A stretch of 64,000 bases of DNA from Minisyncoccota bacterium. GTDB taxonomy: Bacteria > Patescibacteriota > Minisyncoccia > Phycocordibacterales > UBA2100. Under the pieces are notes generated by a model. It worked only from the letters and a program-made list of their open reading frames with translations, was not told the DNA's origin and made no database searches. The stretch covers positions 9 through 64,008 of the forward strand of contig DATDWX010000033.1 in NCBI GenBank assembly GCA_036517335.1, given 5' to 3'. Numbering within the stretch: the first letter of the stretch is position 1; each line of letters begins with the position of its first letter. This document shows, piece by piece, positions 9,655-18,453 of the stretch. Made by a program: the position numbers and the translations under genes.

Positions 9655-10746
9655 TTATTTAAATCTTTTGGTCTTCAAGGCTCCACCAAATAGGAAGAGT
9701 GCAAATGCAGCCCACATGCCCGTGCCTTTTGCCGCCACCCGTTGCCTCATCGTTTCTTGGTACTCTTCTTCGAAGTGCGCTCGTTCAAGATCTTTATCGT
9801 ACTCACTCATACGACCCCAGTTTCGGATAGTCATCTTGTGATTTTGCCAGTCAGCATCCATCTGTGTCTCCGTTGGCAGAATGGTGTAAAGGTCTTTAAG
9901 CGGCATCTGGGGAGCACGTTCTGGATTTTTACCGACGATCTCAAGCATGAGAGCACGTCGAACCTCCAAATTTTCCTCCAACATCAATCCCATCAAGTTA
10001 CCCACCCCTTCAGTTCTTCGCTGTATCTCCGTTTTTGCCGTTTGGATATCTCCTCCAAGAGCCTGAAATTCTTTGAAAGTTTTTTCGCTGGTGAAAAGTC
10101 CACGCCAGAACCCAAGTTGAGAATTAATTTCAGCCCGCAACTCTTGAGTGCGTGTGTGTGGATTGGGGTCATTGAGAATGCGGACAATCGTGCTTGTATC
10201 TGGCTCTATGTGACGCTGCTTACAAATCTTTTCAAACTCTCCTTTTAATCGCGCCGATTCAGTTGCTTGCCACGCCGCTAGAGCATTTTGATCTGTTCGC
10301 ATCTCCTCAAACCTTACTGGATCGCTAATCGCTAGTTCCGACAATTGCTTCTGAATAAACGCCGTCATTTGCTTCGCGCCCCGGACCTTGATCGCATTTT
10401 GTAGCTCGGGGGAGGAGGTCGCGAGATCATCAATATTCCCCTCTGTTACCGTTTCGGCTATCTCCTTGGCGTGTGCCACCTGTTCGCCGTAAATCTCTTG
10501 TGCTCGGGCCAATTTTGCTATGTCTCCAGGTGCGACTGTTTCTGGTTGTGCCAGCAAATCAATAATGACACCAGGATCCAATCCTTCTGCACGCAAGAGG
10601 TCTCCCTGCTCAAGCATTTTAGTGAACCGCGTTTGATCTTCCGGCTTGTTTAGTATGTCAGAGAACTTCGGCTGCTCTGGTCCTGCTGGAGCCGCGGCTG
10701 CGGCGACTTCTTTATCGTGTTTGATCGACTCCTCCAAAATATCCAT
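9655..10746 (-). CDS. Hypothetical helical protein with C-terminal hydrophobic segment
   Basis: 363-aa ORF, lower GC than the core genes. Confidence 0.8.
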   Translation of the reverse strand: MDILEESIKHDKEVAAAAAPAGPEQPKFSDILNKPEDQTRFTKMLEQGDLLRAEGLDPGVIIDLLAQPETVAPGDIAKLARAQEIYGEQVAHAKEIAETVTEGNIDDLATSSPELQNAIKVRGAKQMTAFIQKQLSELAISDPVRFEEMRTDQNALAAWQATESARLKGEFEKICKQRHIEPDTSTIVRILNDPNPHTRTQELRAEINSQLGFWRGLFTSEKTFKEFQALGGDIQTAKTEIQRRTEGVGNLMGLMLEENLEVRRALMLEIVGKNPERAPQMPLKDLYTILPTETQMDADWQNHKMTIRNWGRMSEYDKDLERAHFEEEYQETMRQRVAAKGTGMWAAFALFLFGGALKTKRFK

Positions 10747-10821
10747 TACAAAACTGTATCATGCACTTAACAATGGAACCAACGAGTATTGTGGGCGAGG
10801 GGTGAAAGGTGAGATTTGAGC

Positions 10822-10849
10822 TTGACAAGGCACAATAAAGTGATATAAT
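10822..10849 (+). promoter_or_regulatory. Sigma70-type promoter
   Basis: TTGACA-16 nt-TATAAT. Confidence 0.75.
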
Positions 10850-10925
10850 CCCAACTAGTCTGGCGGGAGACCGTCCTGGCCAGTCGAAACCGGCTCTGCG
10901 GAGTCATAACACGGAGAAGAAGACG

Positions 10926-11180
10926 ATGAAGACGACGATGACGGCCGCCCTGGCGCTTGTCGCGTTGTGCGGTTTGGCCTCCTCGGCGGAGGCACGCTGG
11001 GTGTGCCAGCAGTGGCATCATCGGACCTGCGTAAGGGCAGTGTGGGTGCAACCGCCCCCGCAGGCGCAAACCGTCTACGGGCCGACGACGAGGTCCGCAC
11101 CCACGAGCACGTACCAGGCGTGCTGGGTCAACGGGGTCCGACGTACGGACATCCCCGAGAGTCAGTGCCGCGCGCACTAA
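10926..11180 (+). CDS. Small secreted Cys-containing protein
   Basis: Signal peptide (ending AEA), 4 Cys in the mature part, purine-rich SD upstream. Confidence 0.7.
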   Translation: MKTTMTAALALVALCGLASSAEARWVCQQWHHRTCVRAVWVQPPPQAQTVYGPTTRSAPTSTYQACWVNGVRRTDIPESQCRAH

Positions 11181-11392
11181 CGTTCCCAAGGTGTGGCCAG
11201 CTTCGCAGTGATCTGCAGGCTGGCCCACCAATCCATTCTTTTGTTCTTTTTCGTGTTCTTTTTCGCGAAAGTCTGTTTGCGAGCAACCATCTTATTCGGT
11301 TCTCAAACAGACCTTCACGAGATGAAGGTTTCGCAACGGGACCAACCGCTGCGGTTGGTCTTTGATATCTTACCGCAAATGGGAGAAATGCG

Positions 11393-11920
11393 ATGCATGT
11401 ATCCGATATTTTTTCGCGGCATGAACGCCGCGAAGCGATGGTCACTTTTTTCGTGGAGGCCGGTGCCAGCGACGCGCAGTCCTACGGGGCGATCGTAGCC
11501 TTGATTGTTCCAATCCTTGGTCTACTCGATCCATCCCTCGAGATACGGCTCTTCGCGGCAGCCATTTTCTTCGCCATCGGGCACGTCTACTGGTGGATCG
11601 AGGCCGGATGGATCACGGCCGAAATCCAACGGCACGGCGTGCTCGACACCAACGACGTGAGTTATCAGCGTCGCACGATGTACTGGCTGTATTACGGCGT
11701 CATCTTCGCTGTCGTCGTATGGCTCCTGTCGATGGTCGGATGGTTTGCCGGAGGTTGGCCCCATTTGCACTACGGCCTTGTGGAATGGGTGATACTAATC
11801 CATACCATTATGGTTGGGAGGGGGGCAATCGGTACCATAAATCACCTCTTCGACCAGTACCTGCAGGCCACGGCGGCTCAAAAGAGGTACGAGACGGAGG
11901 AGAGGCCACCTCGGCAGTGA
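11393..11920 (+). CDS. Hypothetical membrane protein (about 4 TM)
   Basis: Hydrophobic segments; GGGAG upstream; followed by a terminator. Confidence 0.75.
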   Translation: MHVSDIFSRHERREAMVTFFVEAGASDAQSYGAIVALIVPILGLLDPSLEIRLFAAAIFFAIGHVYWWIEAGWITAEIQRHGVLDTNDVSYQRRTMYWLYYGVIFAVVVWLLSMVGWFAGGWPHLHYGLVEWVILIHTIMVGRGAIGTINHLFDQYLQATAAQKRYETEERPPRQ

Positions 11921-11940
11921 GATACTTGCCGGTGCAACAA

Positions 11941-11970
11941 AAAGGCGGGGACCCAACCCCGCCATTTTTC
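11941..11970 (+). terminator. Rho-independent terminator
   Basis: ggcgggg-accca-accccgcc followed by a T run. Confidence 0.7.
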
Positions 11971-11973
11971 TAC

Positions 11974-12001
11974 TTGACAATTCGTATTCGTTTGTTATAA
12001 T
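11974..12001 (+). promoter_or_regulatory. Sigma70-type promoter
   Basis: TTGACA-16 nt-TATAAT. Confidence 0.75.
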
Positions 12002-12075
12002 AGAAAGTGGACTAAGAAGCCCTCATACGACCGGGGCTTTAAAATTCGGTCGCGTTCATTGGGAGATAGATAAGC

Positions 12076-12726
12076 ATGTCCGACACCTCTGGTACGTCGC
12101 GTACCCCGCGTCGCGTTCGTCGCCACCATGTGGCGTTGGTCATCCTCGTTCTGCTTGTGGCAACCGTCGCAGGTGGTTGGGGTCTAGGCGTTTTTTCGAT
12201 CAACAAAGACAAGGCCGCCGAGATTGGCCAACGTGCGGGCATCGGTGGCGGCCCATCGGCTCCCCTCGACCCGGCTTTCAAGGTCAAGGCCGACGCGGCC
12301 GAGCAGGAAAACGCTCGCCTCAAGGCCGAGGTGGTGGAGCGGAAACGCGTCGCCAAGATCGAGGCCGAAAACGCCGAGCTCAGGGCGAAGCTGTCTGGCC
12401 AAAAGTCGCCAGCAGCGCCTGATTCGACCGCTTCGGCACCGCCAGCGGCACCAGTGCCTCCGCAGTCGACGCAGCCGCCCGCGGGAAACCCTCGCGAGCA
12501 AATGGCTGCCCGCGCCTACGAGAAGCTTGGCCCTGCTCCGGAAGGTTCGCGCCTTTACGAGCACCAGGTCAACCCTGCGCAGCCCGCCCTTAAGGCTGCA
12601 CAGAAGGTGGCCGCGACGCCGCCCGCAGGCTACACGGGCTGTGAGATTCACAGCCAGGTGGACGATCCGGTCACGCACGAGCTTCACACCCGCTGGAAGA
12701 ACTGCGTTCCCGCAAAAGGCAAATAG
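12076..12726 (+). CDS. Membrane-anchored coiled-coil/Pro-rich hypothetical protein
   Basis: TM helix, coiled coil (AENAELRAKL), Pro-rich linker, C-terminal Cys pair. Confidence 0.75.
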   Translation: MSDTSGTSRTPRRVRRHHVALVILVLLVATVAGGWGLGVFSINKDKAAEIGQRAGIGGGPSAPLDPAFKVKADAAEQENARLKAEVVERKRVAKIEAENAELRAKLSGQKSPAAPDSTASAPPAAPVPPQSTQPPAGNPREQMAARAYEKLGPAPEGSRLYEHQVNPAQPALKAAQKVAATPPAGYTGCEIHSQVDDPVTHELHTRWKNCVPAKGK

Positions 12727-12739
12727 GACTTCGGTCCGG

Positions 12740-12780
12740 TGCGGGGGGTGGCTGAGCTGCCCCCCGCATTTCTCTTTTTC
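12740..12780 (+). terminator. Rho-independent terminator
   Basis: tgcgggggg...ccccccgca followed by tttctcttttt. Confidence 0.75.
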
Positions 12781-12885
12781 ACTTCAAGAAATCTTTCGTG
12801 GACGGCTGATTGTGTGCTACAAATGCACAGCCAGGCTTTCATGAAATCTGCGCACCATGCGTGGATATAGCGCAAGGAGGAAGCC

Positions 12886-13269
12886 ATGCTGATCTTTATA
12901 AGAATGGCGACGGTTTTTTCCTTCGCCACAATCATTGCCTTTACGGCTCACGCGCAGAGCTCACCGCCGCGGTGCGTTGACACTGGAAACAGTATTGACA
13001 TCCAGACACCTGACGGTAAGCCATTCCATGTTCAGATTCCGATTGGAAAGGAGCTCAAACAAGAACTCTTCTTCTCGTGGGCGTATTCGATCGATGGCAC
13101 GGGCTGCATCGAAGAACGCCCGCGCAAGGTCTGCGATAGGGAGCTCAAAAAACGCGGTCTGCCTCCGCATCGGTGGAAAAGAACCGAAACGTGCGAGCAT
13201 TTCGTCATTCCAAGCAACGCGGGACACGACCACCGGAGGGAGAACCAGCGTAGGGGCAGGAGACAATAA
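12886..13269 (+). CDS. Small secreted hypothetical protein
   Basis: AAGGAGG SD, signal peptide ending AHA, 4 Cys. Confidence 0.7.
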   Translation: MLIFIRMATVFSFATIIAFTAHAQSSPPRCVDTGNSIDIQTPDGKPFHVQIPIGKELKQELFFSWAYSIDGTGCIEERPRKVCDRELKKRGLPPHRWKRTETCEHFVIPSNAGHDHRRENQRRGRRQ

Positions 13270-13333
13270 AGGGAGGGACGTTGGCGGAATTGTCGACGTC
13301 CCCCCACCCCCTAACTTGGGCGGAGGCGGGTAC

Positions 13334-13361
13334 TTGACAAGTCAAAAAAAAGCATTATAAT
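13334..13361 (+). promoter_or_regulatory. Sigma70-type promoter
   Basis: TTGACA-16 nt-TATAAT. The -10 box overlaps the ATG at 13360, which argues for a start at 13402. Confidence 0.7.
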
Positions 13362-13401
13362 GGCTAAGGAACTTGAAGTTATCAAATTTATTAGAAATAT
13401 T

Positions 13402-14856
13402 ATGAAGTCAATCATGCAACGGGAAAATTCGATCGGGCTTATGTTCAGCATTGTCATGCTGTTTGCTTTGTTTGCCGTCACAGGAGTGTTTCCGATGCAG
13501 GCGCATGCCCAATTTGTTGATACGACCACTCCCTATGGTGATGGAGGCGGGTTTTTGGGTGATACGAACGGCGGATACGGAATTTTCGGCTCGCAAGGAG
13601 GTTTTGTTGATACAACTACGCCGTATGGCGGAGGTGGATACGTTGATACAACTACACCATACGATTACTCCGGTTACGTAGACACCACTACTCCTTACAA
13701 TTATGGAGGTTATGTCGATACAACTACTCCTTACGGCAGCATTACGCCGATCGGCGACACATACACTCCTGAATACAGCTACAGGCCCGGCGACACGTAC
13801 ACGCCCGAGTACAGTTACACCCCGGGCAGTACATACACGCCCGAGTACAGCTATTCGACGTATTCCCCGTACTCTTCAATTCCGTCGTACGCTTCGCAGT
13901 ACATTCCTACCTACGCGGCACAGTACATGCCGAGCTACACGATACCAACATTCACTTCGACACAGGTGCAGACACAGCGCGCGCCGACGTTTACCACGGC
14001 CGCTCCGCAGACACAGACGCAGAGTCAGTCGCAGGCGAGCACGAATACGAACGTGAATCCGAATACAAACACCAACGTCAACACCGCTTCGACAGGTGCG
14101 ATCACCATCAACAACACGGTCAACGCAGCGCCGGTCGTGCAGGCACAGCCGCAGCGCCCGATCCAGTACACGTTCCCGAGCCCTGCCTGCACCATCTACG
14201 CTTCCAACGCCTATAGCTACAACACCTACAATTACAATCAACCGATCACTCTTACGTGGTCTTCCAGCAACGCCACCAGCGCATATATCTCGCCGAACGT
14301 CGGCACCGTCAACACCTCTGGCTCGACCACGGTGTACCCGAGCGGCTACACGACCTACACGCTCACGGTCAGCGGCGCGGGCGGCACCGCGACCTGTCAG
14401 ACGACTGCCAACTATGCCTATGCTGCGCCGACCTACGTTGCTCCGACCGTCGCAACTCCCGTAGCTCCATACGTCTCGCTCACGCAGATCCCGTACACAG
14501 GCCTCGATTACGGCCCGGTGGGCAACGCGATCTACTGGCTCTCGATGCTCTCGTTTGCAGTTGCGGCCGGATATCTGATGGTCTATTATCGTGGTGGCGC
14601 CTTCGCCTTCGCTTCGAGCATGCTCGGTTCCGCCAAGGGGGGGACTCGCAATGACTCGTACGATTTCTCGGATGATGGTGGTGCTTCATCCGCTGTCGAA
14701 ACAGAAGCGTCGGCAGAAGTTGCCCCTGAAATGATAAAAAGTCCGATCACTGTAGGTATGCTTCCGACCATCGAGAACCGCCGCATCACGACCGACTCGA
14801 TGATCATTGAAAGTTCGATTGGCAGTGCACCTCGCATCGTGATTGCGCGGGGTTAA
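13402..14856 (+). CDS. Tyr/Thr-rich repetitive surface protein with IPYTG sorting-like motif
   Basis: Signal peptide (AHA), VDTTTPY x5, TYTPEYSY x3, Ig/PKD-like segment (TLTWSSSNA...YTLTV), then LTQIPYTG + TM. Confidence 0.85.
   Translation: MKSIMQRENSIGLMFSIVMLFALFAVTGVFPMQAHAQFVDTTTPYGDGGGFLGDTNGGYGIFGSQGGFVDTTTPYGGGGYVDTTTPYDYSGYVDTTTPYNYGGYVDTTTPYGSITPIGDTYTPEYSYRPGDTYTPEYSYTPGSTYTPEYSYSTYSPYSSIPSYASQYIPTYAAQYMPSYTIPTFTSTQVQTQRAPTFTTAAPQTQTQSQSQASTNTNVNPNTNTNVNTASTGAITINNTVNAAPVVQAQPQRPIQYTFPSPACTIYASNAYSYNTYNYNQPITLTWSSSNATSAYISPNVGTVNTSGSTTVYPSGYTTYTLTVSGAGGTATCQTTANYAYAAPTYVAPTVATPVAPYVSLTQIPYTGLDYGPVGNAIYWLSMLSFAVAAGYLMVYYRGGAFAFASSMLGSAKGGTRNDSYDFSDDGGASSAVETEASAEVAPEMIKSPITVGMLPTIENRRITTDSMIIESSIGSAPRIVIARG
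13513..13857 (+). repeat. Coding tandem repeats (VDTTTPY x5; TYTPEYSY x3)
   Basis: Repeats are conserved at the amino-acid level with synonymous variation. Confidence 0.85.
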
Positions 14857-14920
14857 TAAAACAATTGACGGGTGCGAGCTCTCCTGCTTCGCCAAGGCTT
14901 CGCAGGACAAGAAAGTGAAC

Positions 14921-14950
14921 GAAAAACCGCCCCAAAGGCGGTTTTTCGTT
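14921..14950. terminator. Bidirectional terminator-like hairpin
   Basis: gaaaaaccgcc-ccaaa-ggcggtttttc. Confidence 0.7.
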
Positions 14951-15012
14951 GTGCCCAGGGGGTGTGTAGGCAACCCTCCACGGTGGCAATGTATGGTTTA
15001 TACTGACGGGGT

Positions 15013-15387
15013 ATGGCAAAAAGGATCCTCGTGGGTGAAGACGACTCGCTGCTTTCTTCGATGATCGTGAGGCGTTTGGATGCCGAAGGGTACGACACCG
15101 AGGCCACGTACGACGGCGAACAAACGATCAAGAAGATACGAGACTGGAAGCCCGATCTCTTGCTCCTCGACATTCTCATGCCTGGTAAAAGTGGCTACGA
15201 TGTCTTGGAAGTGATGCGCGCCGAGGGCATACACGCGAGCATGCATGTCATCATTCTCTCAAACTTGAGTGCCAAAGAGGATATCGCTCGCGCGCAGAAA
15301 TATGGCGTGACCGACTTTCTCGTCAAGGCTCGAACTACGCTCGCAGAAGTGGCCGAGAAGGTAAAGAGCGTACTTTCCGCCTCCTAA
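15013..15387 (+). CDS. Single-domain response regulator (receiver)
   Basis: ILVGEDD, DLLLLDILMPGKSG, IILSN, FLVK. Confidence 0.92.
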   Translation: MAKRILVGEDDSLLSSMIVRRLDAEGYDTEATYDGEQTIKKIRDWKPDLLLLDILMPGKSGYDVLEVMRAEGIHASMHVIILSNLSAKEDIARAQKYGVTDFLVKARTTLAEVAEKVKSVLSAS

Positions 15388-15404
15388 ATTCCGTGGAACA
15401 GCCG

Positions 15405-16508
15405 ATGAAGAGCAGGCTCCTCTTTTTTCCACTCTGGTTGAAACTTGTTGTCGTGATCGTGGTGGCCGCGTTGCCCCTCGCTGCGCTTACTTTGCTACTC
15501 TCGGATGTGTGGAGTTTCCTCGGTGTTTCTGGTCTCTTCGTACGTACCGACCTTACCCATATCGGGCAGTACGAAGTACCGCTGGTATATGTGGCGGGCG
15601 GTAGCGCCTTATTACTCGCCCTCTTACTCGGCCTCATCGCATCAGAAGCGCTCTTCCTCACCTCCGCCCGTCGTACTTTGCGGTGGCTTCTCGAATTGCG
15701 TCGGGGAGAATTTAAGGTCGTGCCACCGCTTGGAAGGACCGGAGCAGATGAGATCGGAGAAATAGGCCGGCAAGTGGCCTTCGCGGCGCTCACCTTCTCG
15801 CGTCAAAAAGAGCAAAGCGATGCATCCATCGAGCAGCGCTCACTCTTCCTCATGACCGCCGCACATCAGCTCCGCACACCGCTCACGGGTCTTCTGTGGA
15901 CCATCGACACGCTTCAGAATGCTGCCACATCGGAAGCGGAGCGGGCGAGATCACTGCTTGCGGTGGGCGAGAGTGTGCGGCGCATGCGGCTCGTGATCGA
16001 ACACATTCTCGCGAGCGCCAGTATCGAGGAAGGAAAGTACGGCTACGTGTTTGAACAGGCCGATATGGTCCCCGTGATCGAGGAGCTCGTATCAGAACTG
16101 AAGCCACTTTCGGAGCATCATCAGATAGACCTTGCATTCTTGCACGAGGGAAGCGTACCTGCGCACATAGATAAAGAGCGTATTTCGCTCGCGCTCTTCG
16201 ACCTGATGTCCAATGCTATTCAGTACACGCCTGCGCGCGGACACGTACGCGTGTCGCTCAATGCGGCGGGTGGGCGCGTGGAGGTAGCCATCGAAGATAC
16301 TGGTATCGGCATTTCGGAGGATGAACGCGCACTCCTTTTTAATAAATTTTATCGCGGGGAACGCGCGCGACACATGCATCCCGACGGCTCGGGCCTCGGA
16401 CTCTACCTGGCGCGCACGATCATCCAGAAACACGGATCGGACATCGCTATACAATCTGCCGAAGGAAAGGGGACCCGCATCTCTTTTTTCCTGAAGTCGA
16501 AGCGTTGA
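15405..16508 (+). CDS. Membrane sensor histidine kinase (HAMP-HisKA-HATPase)
   Basis: 2 TM, DEIG, AHQLRTPL, NAIQYT, DTGIGI, GSGLGL. Confidence 0.92.
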   Translation: MKSRLLFFPLWLKLVVVIVVAALPLAALTLLLSDVWSFLGVSGLFVRTDLTHIGQYEVPLVYVAGGSALLLALLLGLIASEALFLTSARRTLRWLLELRRGEFKVVPPLGRTGADEIGEIGRQVAFAALTFSRQKEQSDASIEQRSLFLMTAAHQLRTPLTGLLWTIDTLQNAATSEAERARSLLAVGESVRRMRLVIEHILASASIEEGKYGYVFEQADMVPVIEELVSELKPLSEHHQIDLAFLHEGSVPAHIDKERISLALFDLMSNAIQYTPARGHVRVSLNAAGGRVEVAIEDTGIGISEDERALLFNKFYRGERARHMHPDGSGLGLYLARTIIQKHGSDIAIQSAEGKGTRISFFLKSKR

Positions 16509-16511
16509 ACC

Positions 16512-17753
16512 TCACACCCTGCCCTCGATCTCGCCTTTCAGTCGCGAAATAATTTCTGGCACTGACAACTCACCTATCTTTCCACCACGCCCCTCCAGAG
16601 TCGCCGTCTGCGCACTCACTTCCTCATCGCCGACGACCAGGAGGTAGGGGACTTTTTCCACCTTTGCGCTCCGAATTTTCTTGCCGAGCGTTTCGTCGCT
16701 TTCATCTAGCTCCGCTCGAATGGAAGCCCCGCGCAATGCTTCCAAGATGCCTCGTGCGTACTCGGCGTGTTTTTCAGAGATTGGAATGACTTTCGCTTGC
16801 ACGGGTGAGAGCCAGAGGGGGAATACGCCTGCGTAGTGTTCGATGAGGAATGCAACCGTGCGCTCGATGGCACCGATAGAGGAGCGATGTACGACGAACG
16901 CGCGATGCTTTTGCCCGTCCTCGCCAATGTACGTGAGGTCGAAACGGTCGGGCATGCAAAAGTCGTACTGGACCGTAAAGGCCGTGTCTTCTTTTCCGTT
17001 CACATTTTTCACTTGGATGTCTATCTTGGGGCCGTAGAAAGCGGCTTCGTCTTTCGCCTCCACGTATTGCGCACCACGTTGCTCGAGCAATTCACGCAGC
17101 ATCTTCTCGCCTTTTTCCCATGCAGCGTCATTTTTATAATATTTTTCGCTGTTGTCCGGGTCGCCAAGCGACAAGCGGTAGTGGTAGTCGGTGCCGTACT
17201 GCAGGCCGAACACGCCCGCCGCATACTGTATGAGGTCGAGCGCCGAGCCAATCTCTTCCATCGCCTGTTCCTCGCTCGCGCAGATAATGTGCGCGTCAGA
17301 AAGGCAGAACGATCGCACGCGCTGTAAGCCCATCAGTTCGCCGGATTGTTCGTAGCGGTAGAGCTTGGCTAGTTCCGCGATGCGCATCGGCAGCTCGCGG
17401 TAGCTGCGCGGGCGCGAGAGGTAGAGCTCGAAATGGTGCGGGCAAGTCATCGGCCGCAGCATATATTCCTCGTCGTCTATGATGATGGGCGCATACATGG
17501 AATCCTTGTAGTGCGGGTAGTGGCCGCTTTTTCGGTAGAGATCGAGCTTAGCGATATCGGGGGTGCATACGTGTTGGTAGCCGCGCTTGATCTCCTCATC
17601 TACTATGAAGCGCTCAAGCTCGCGGCGTATCGTCGCGCCCTTTGGGAGCCACAGCGGGAGGCCCTTGCCCACCTCATCGGAAAACGTAAAAAGCTCCAGC
17701 TCGCGACCCAATACCTTGTGGTCATTCTCTTTCGGCTGCTTGTCGTCAGACAT
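16512..17753 (-). CDS. thrS: Threonine--tRNA ligase (short, lacks N-terminal TGS/editing domains)
   Basis: DHKVLG, LRPMTCPHH, YRYEQSG, AFYGPKID, HRSSIGAIER, anticodon domain. Confidence 0.96.
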   Translation of the reverse strand: MSDDKQPKENDHKVLGRELELFTFSDEVGKGLPLWLPKGATIRRELERFIVDEEIKRGYQHVCTPDIAKLDLYRKSGHYPHYKDSMYAPIIIDDEEYMLRPMTCPHHFELYLSRPRSYRELPMRIAELAKLYRYEQSGELMGLQRVRSFCLSDAHIICASEEQAMEEIGSALDLIQYAAGVFGLQYGTDYHYRLSLGDPDNSEKYYKNDAAWEKGEKMLRELLEQRGAQYVEAKDEAAFYGPKIDIQVKNVNGKEDTAFTVQYDFCMPDRFDLTYIGEDGQKHRAFVVHRSSIGAIERTVAFLIEHYAGVFPLWLSPVQAKVIPISEKHAEYARGILEALRGASIRAELDESDETLGKKIRSAKVEKVPYLLVVGDEEVSAQTATLEGRGGKIGELSVPEIISRLKGEIEGRV

Positions 17754-17861
17754 GGGGAGATGATAACAACTTTAGTGGTAGGTGTAAAAGTAAACACGCC
17801 CCATAAAAGGAGGCGTGTTCCCGCGAGCGAGCCGCGGGCAAAGTTCGTTGTCGCTTACAGA

Positions 17862-18305
17862 TCAGCTTGCGGCCTCGGAATCCTGGGATTGGCGAGGCAG
17901 CACTTCCAACAGCTCCATCCGCATCGCGATGCAGATTTCGGCGGCACGTTCGCGTCGAGGTGCGTCCCTGTCGATGCGAAGCTTCTTGGGGCGTCGAGAG
18001 AATGTCTGCATAGCTCTAATCCAGCCCCACAGCTCGCCATAGATGTGGTCCAACTTGGCTGTGCCGAGCGGGTTGCAAACCTTCTTCCAGCCCCCGATCA
18101 GAACGTCACAATCGCCAGCTCCACCCATCCCATGCTCGCGCACGAACACGGCCTGCTCTTTGCCAATGATCGAGCTTGCGATATGGGCGCATCTGGCGAT
18201 ACTCCCATAATCGACATTTGGGTTTTGCCGATTGAGTTCGCGGAGTGCATTGGCCGCATCCCCCAGTGCTGCGACCGCGGTCCTATCAAACAGAACAAGC
18301 GTCAT
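17862..18305 (-). CDS. Hypothetical protein (accessory cassette)
   Basis: AAGGGG SD, TTGACT upstream, hairpin at 17793-17819 downstream. Confidence 0.6.
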   Translation of the reverse strand: MTLVLFDRTAVAALGDAANALRELNRQNPNVDYGSIARCAHIASSIIGKEQAVFVREHGMGGAGDCDVLIGGWKKVCNPLGTAKLDHIYGELWGWIRAMQTFSRRPKKLRIDRDAPRRERAAEICIAMRMELLEVLPRQSQDSEAAS

Positions 18306-18382
18306 CTCGCGTTTCCCCTTTTAGCGTAACCTTGGCCTCTCAGGACCAACTTCAAAATACCTCCACTTTTGCAAACAGTCAA

Positions 18383-18453
18383 TCACAAAGCTTTCGCTTT
18401 TTCCACAACCCCGAACCAAAGCAAAGCTTGGTACGGGGCAGGCAAAACTCGGC
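18383..18453 (-). pseudogene. Displaced duplicate of the dnaE 3' end, interrupted by a 34-bp hairpin
   Basis: Encodes PSF-[18409-18442]-VVEKAKAL* versus PSFVVERAKAL* in dnaE. Confidence 0.8.

Noticed and set aside
13513-13857. Regularly spaced short repeats resembling a CRISPR array
   Set aside because: The repeats vary at synonymous positions, stay in one reading frame, have very short spacers and have no cas genes nearby. They are protein repeats.
2775-17753. Short pheS and thrS as pseudogenes
   Set aside because: Catalytic motifs are intact and the starts are clean. Loss of N-terminal accessory domains fits genome streamlining.
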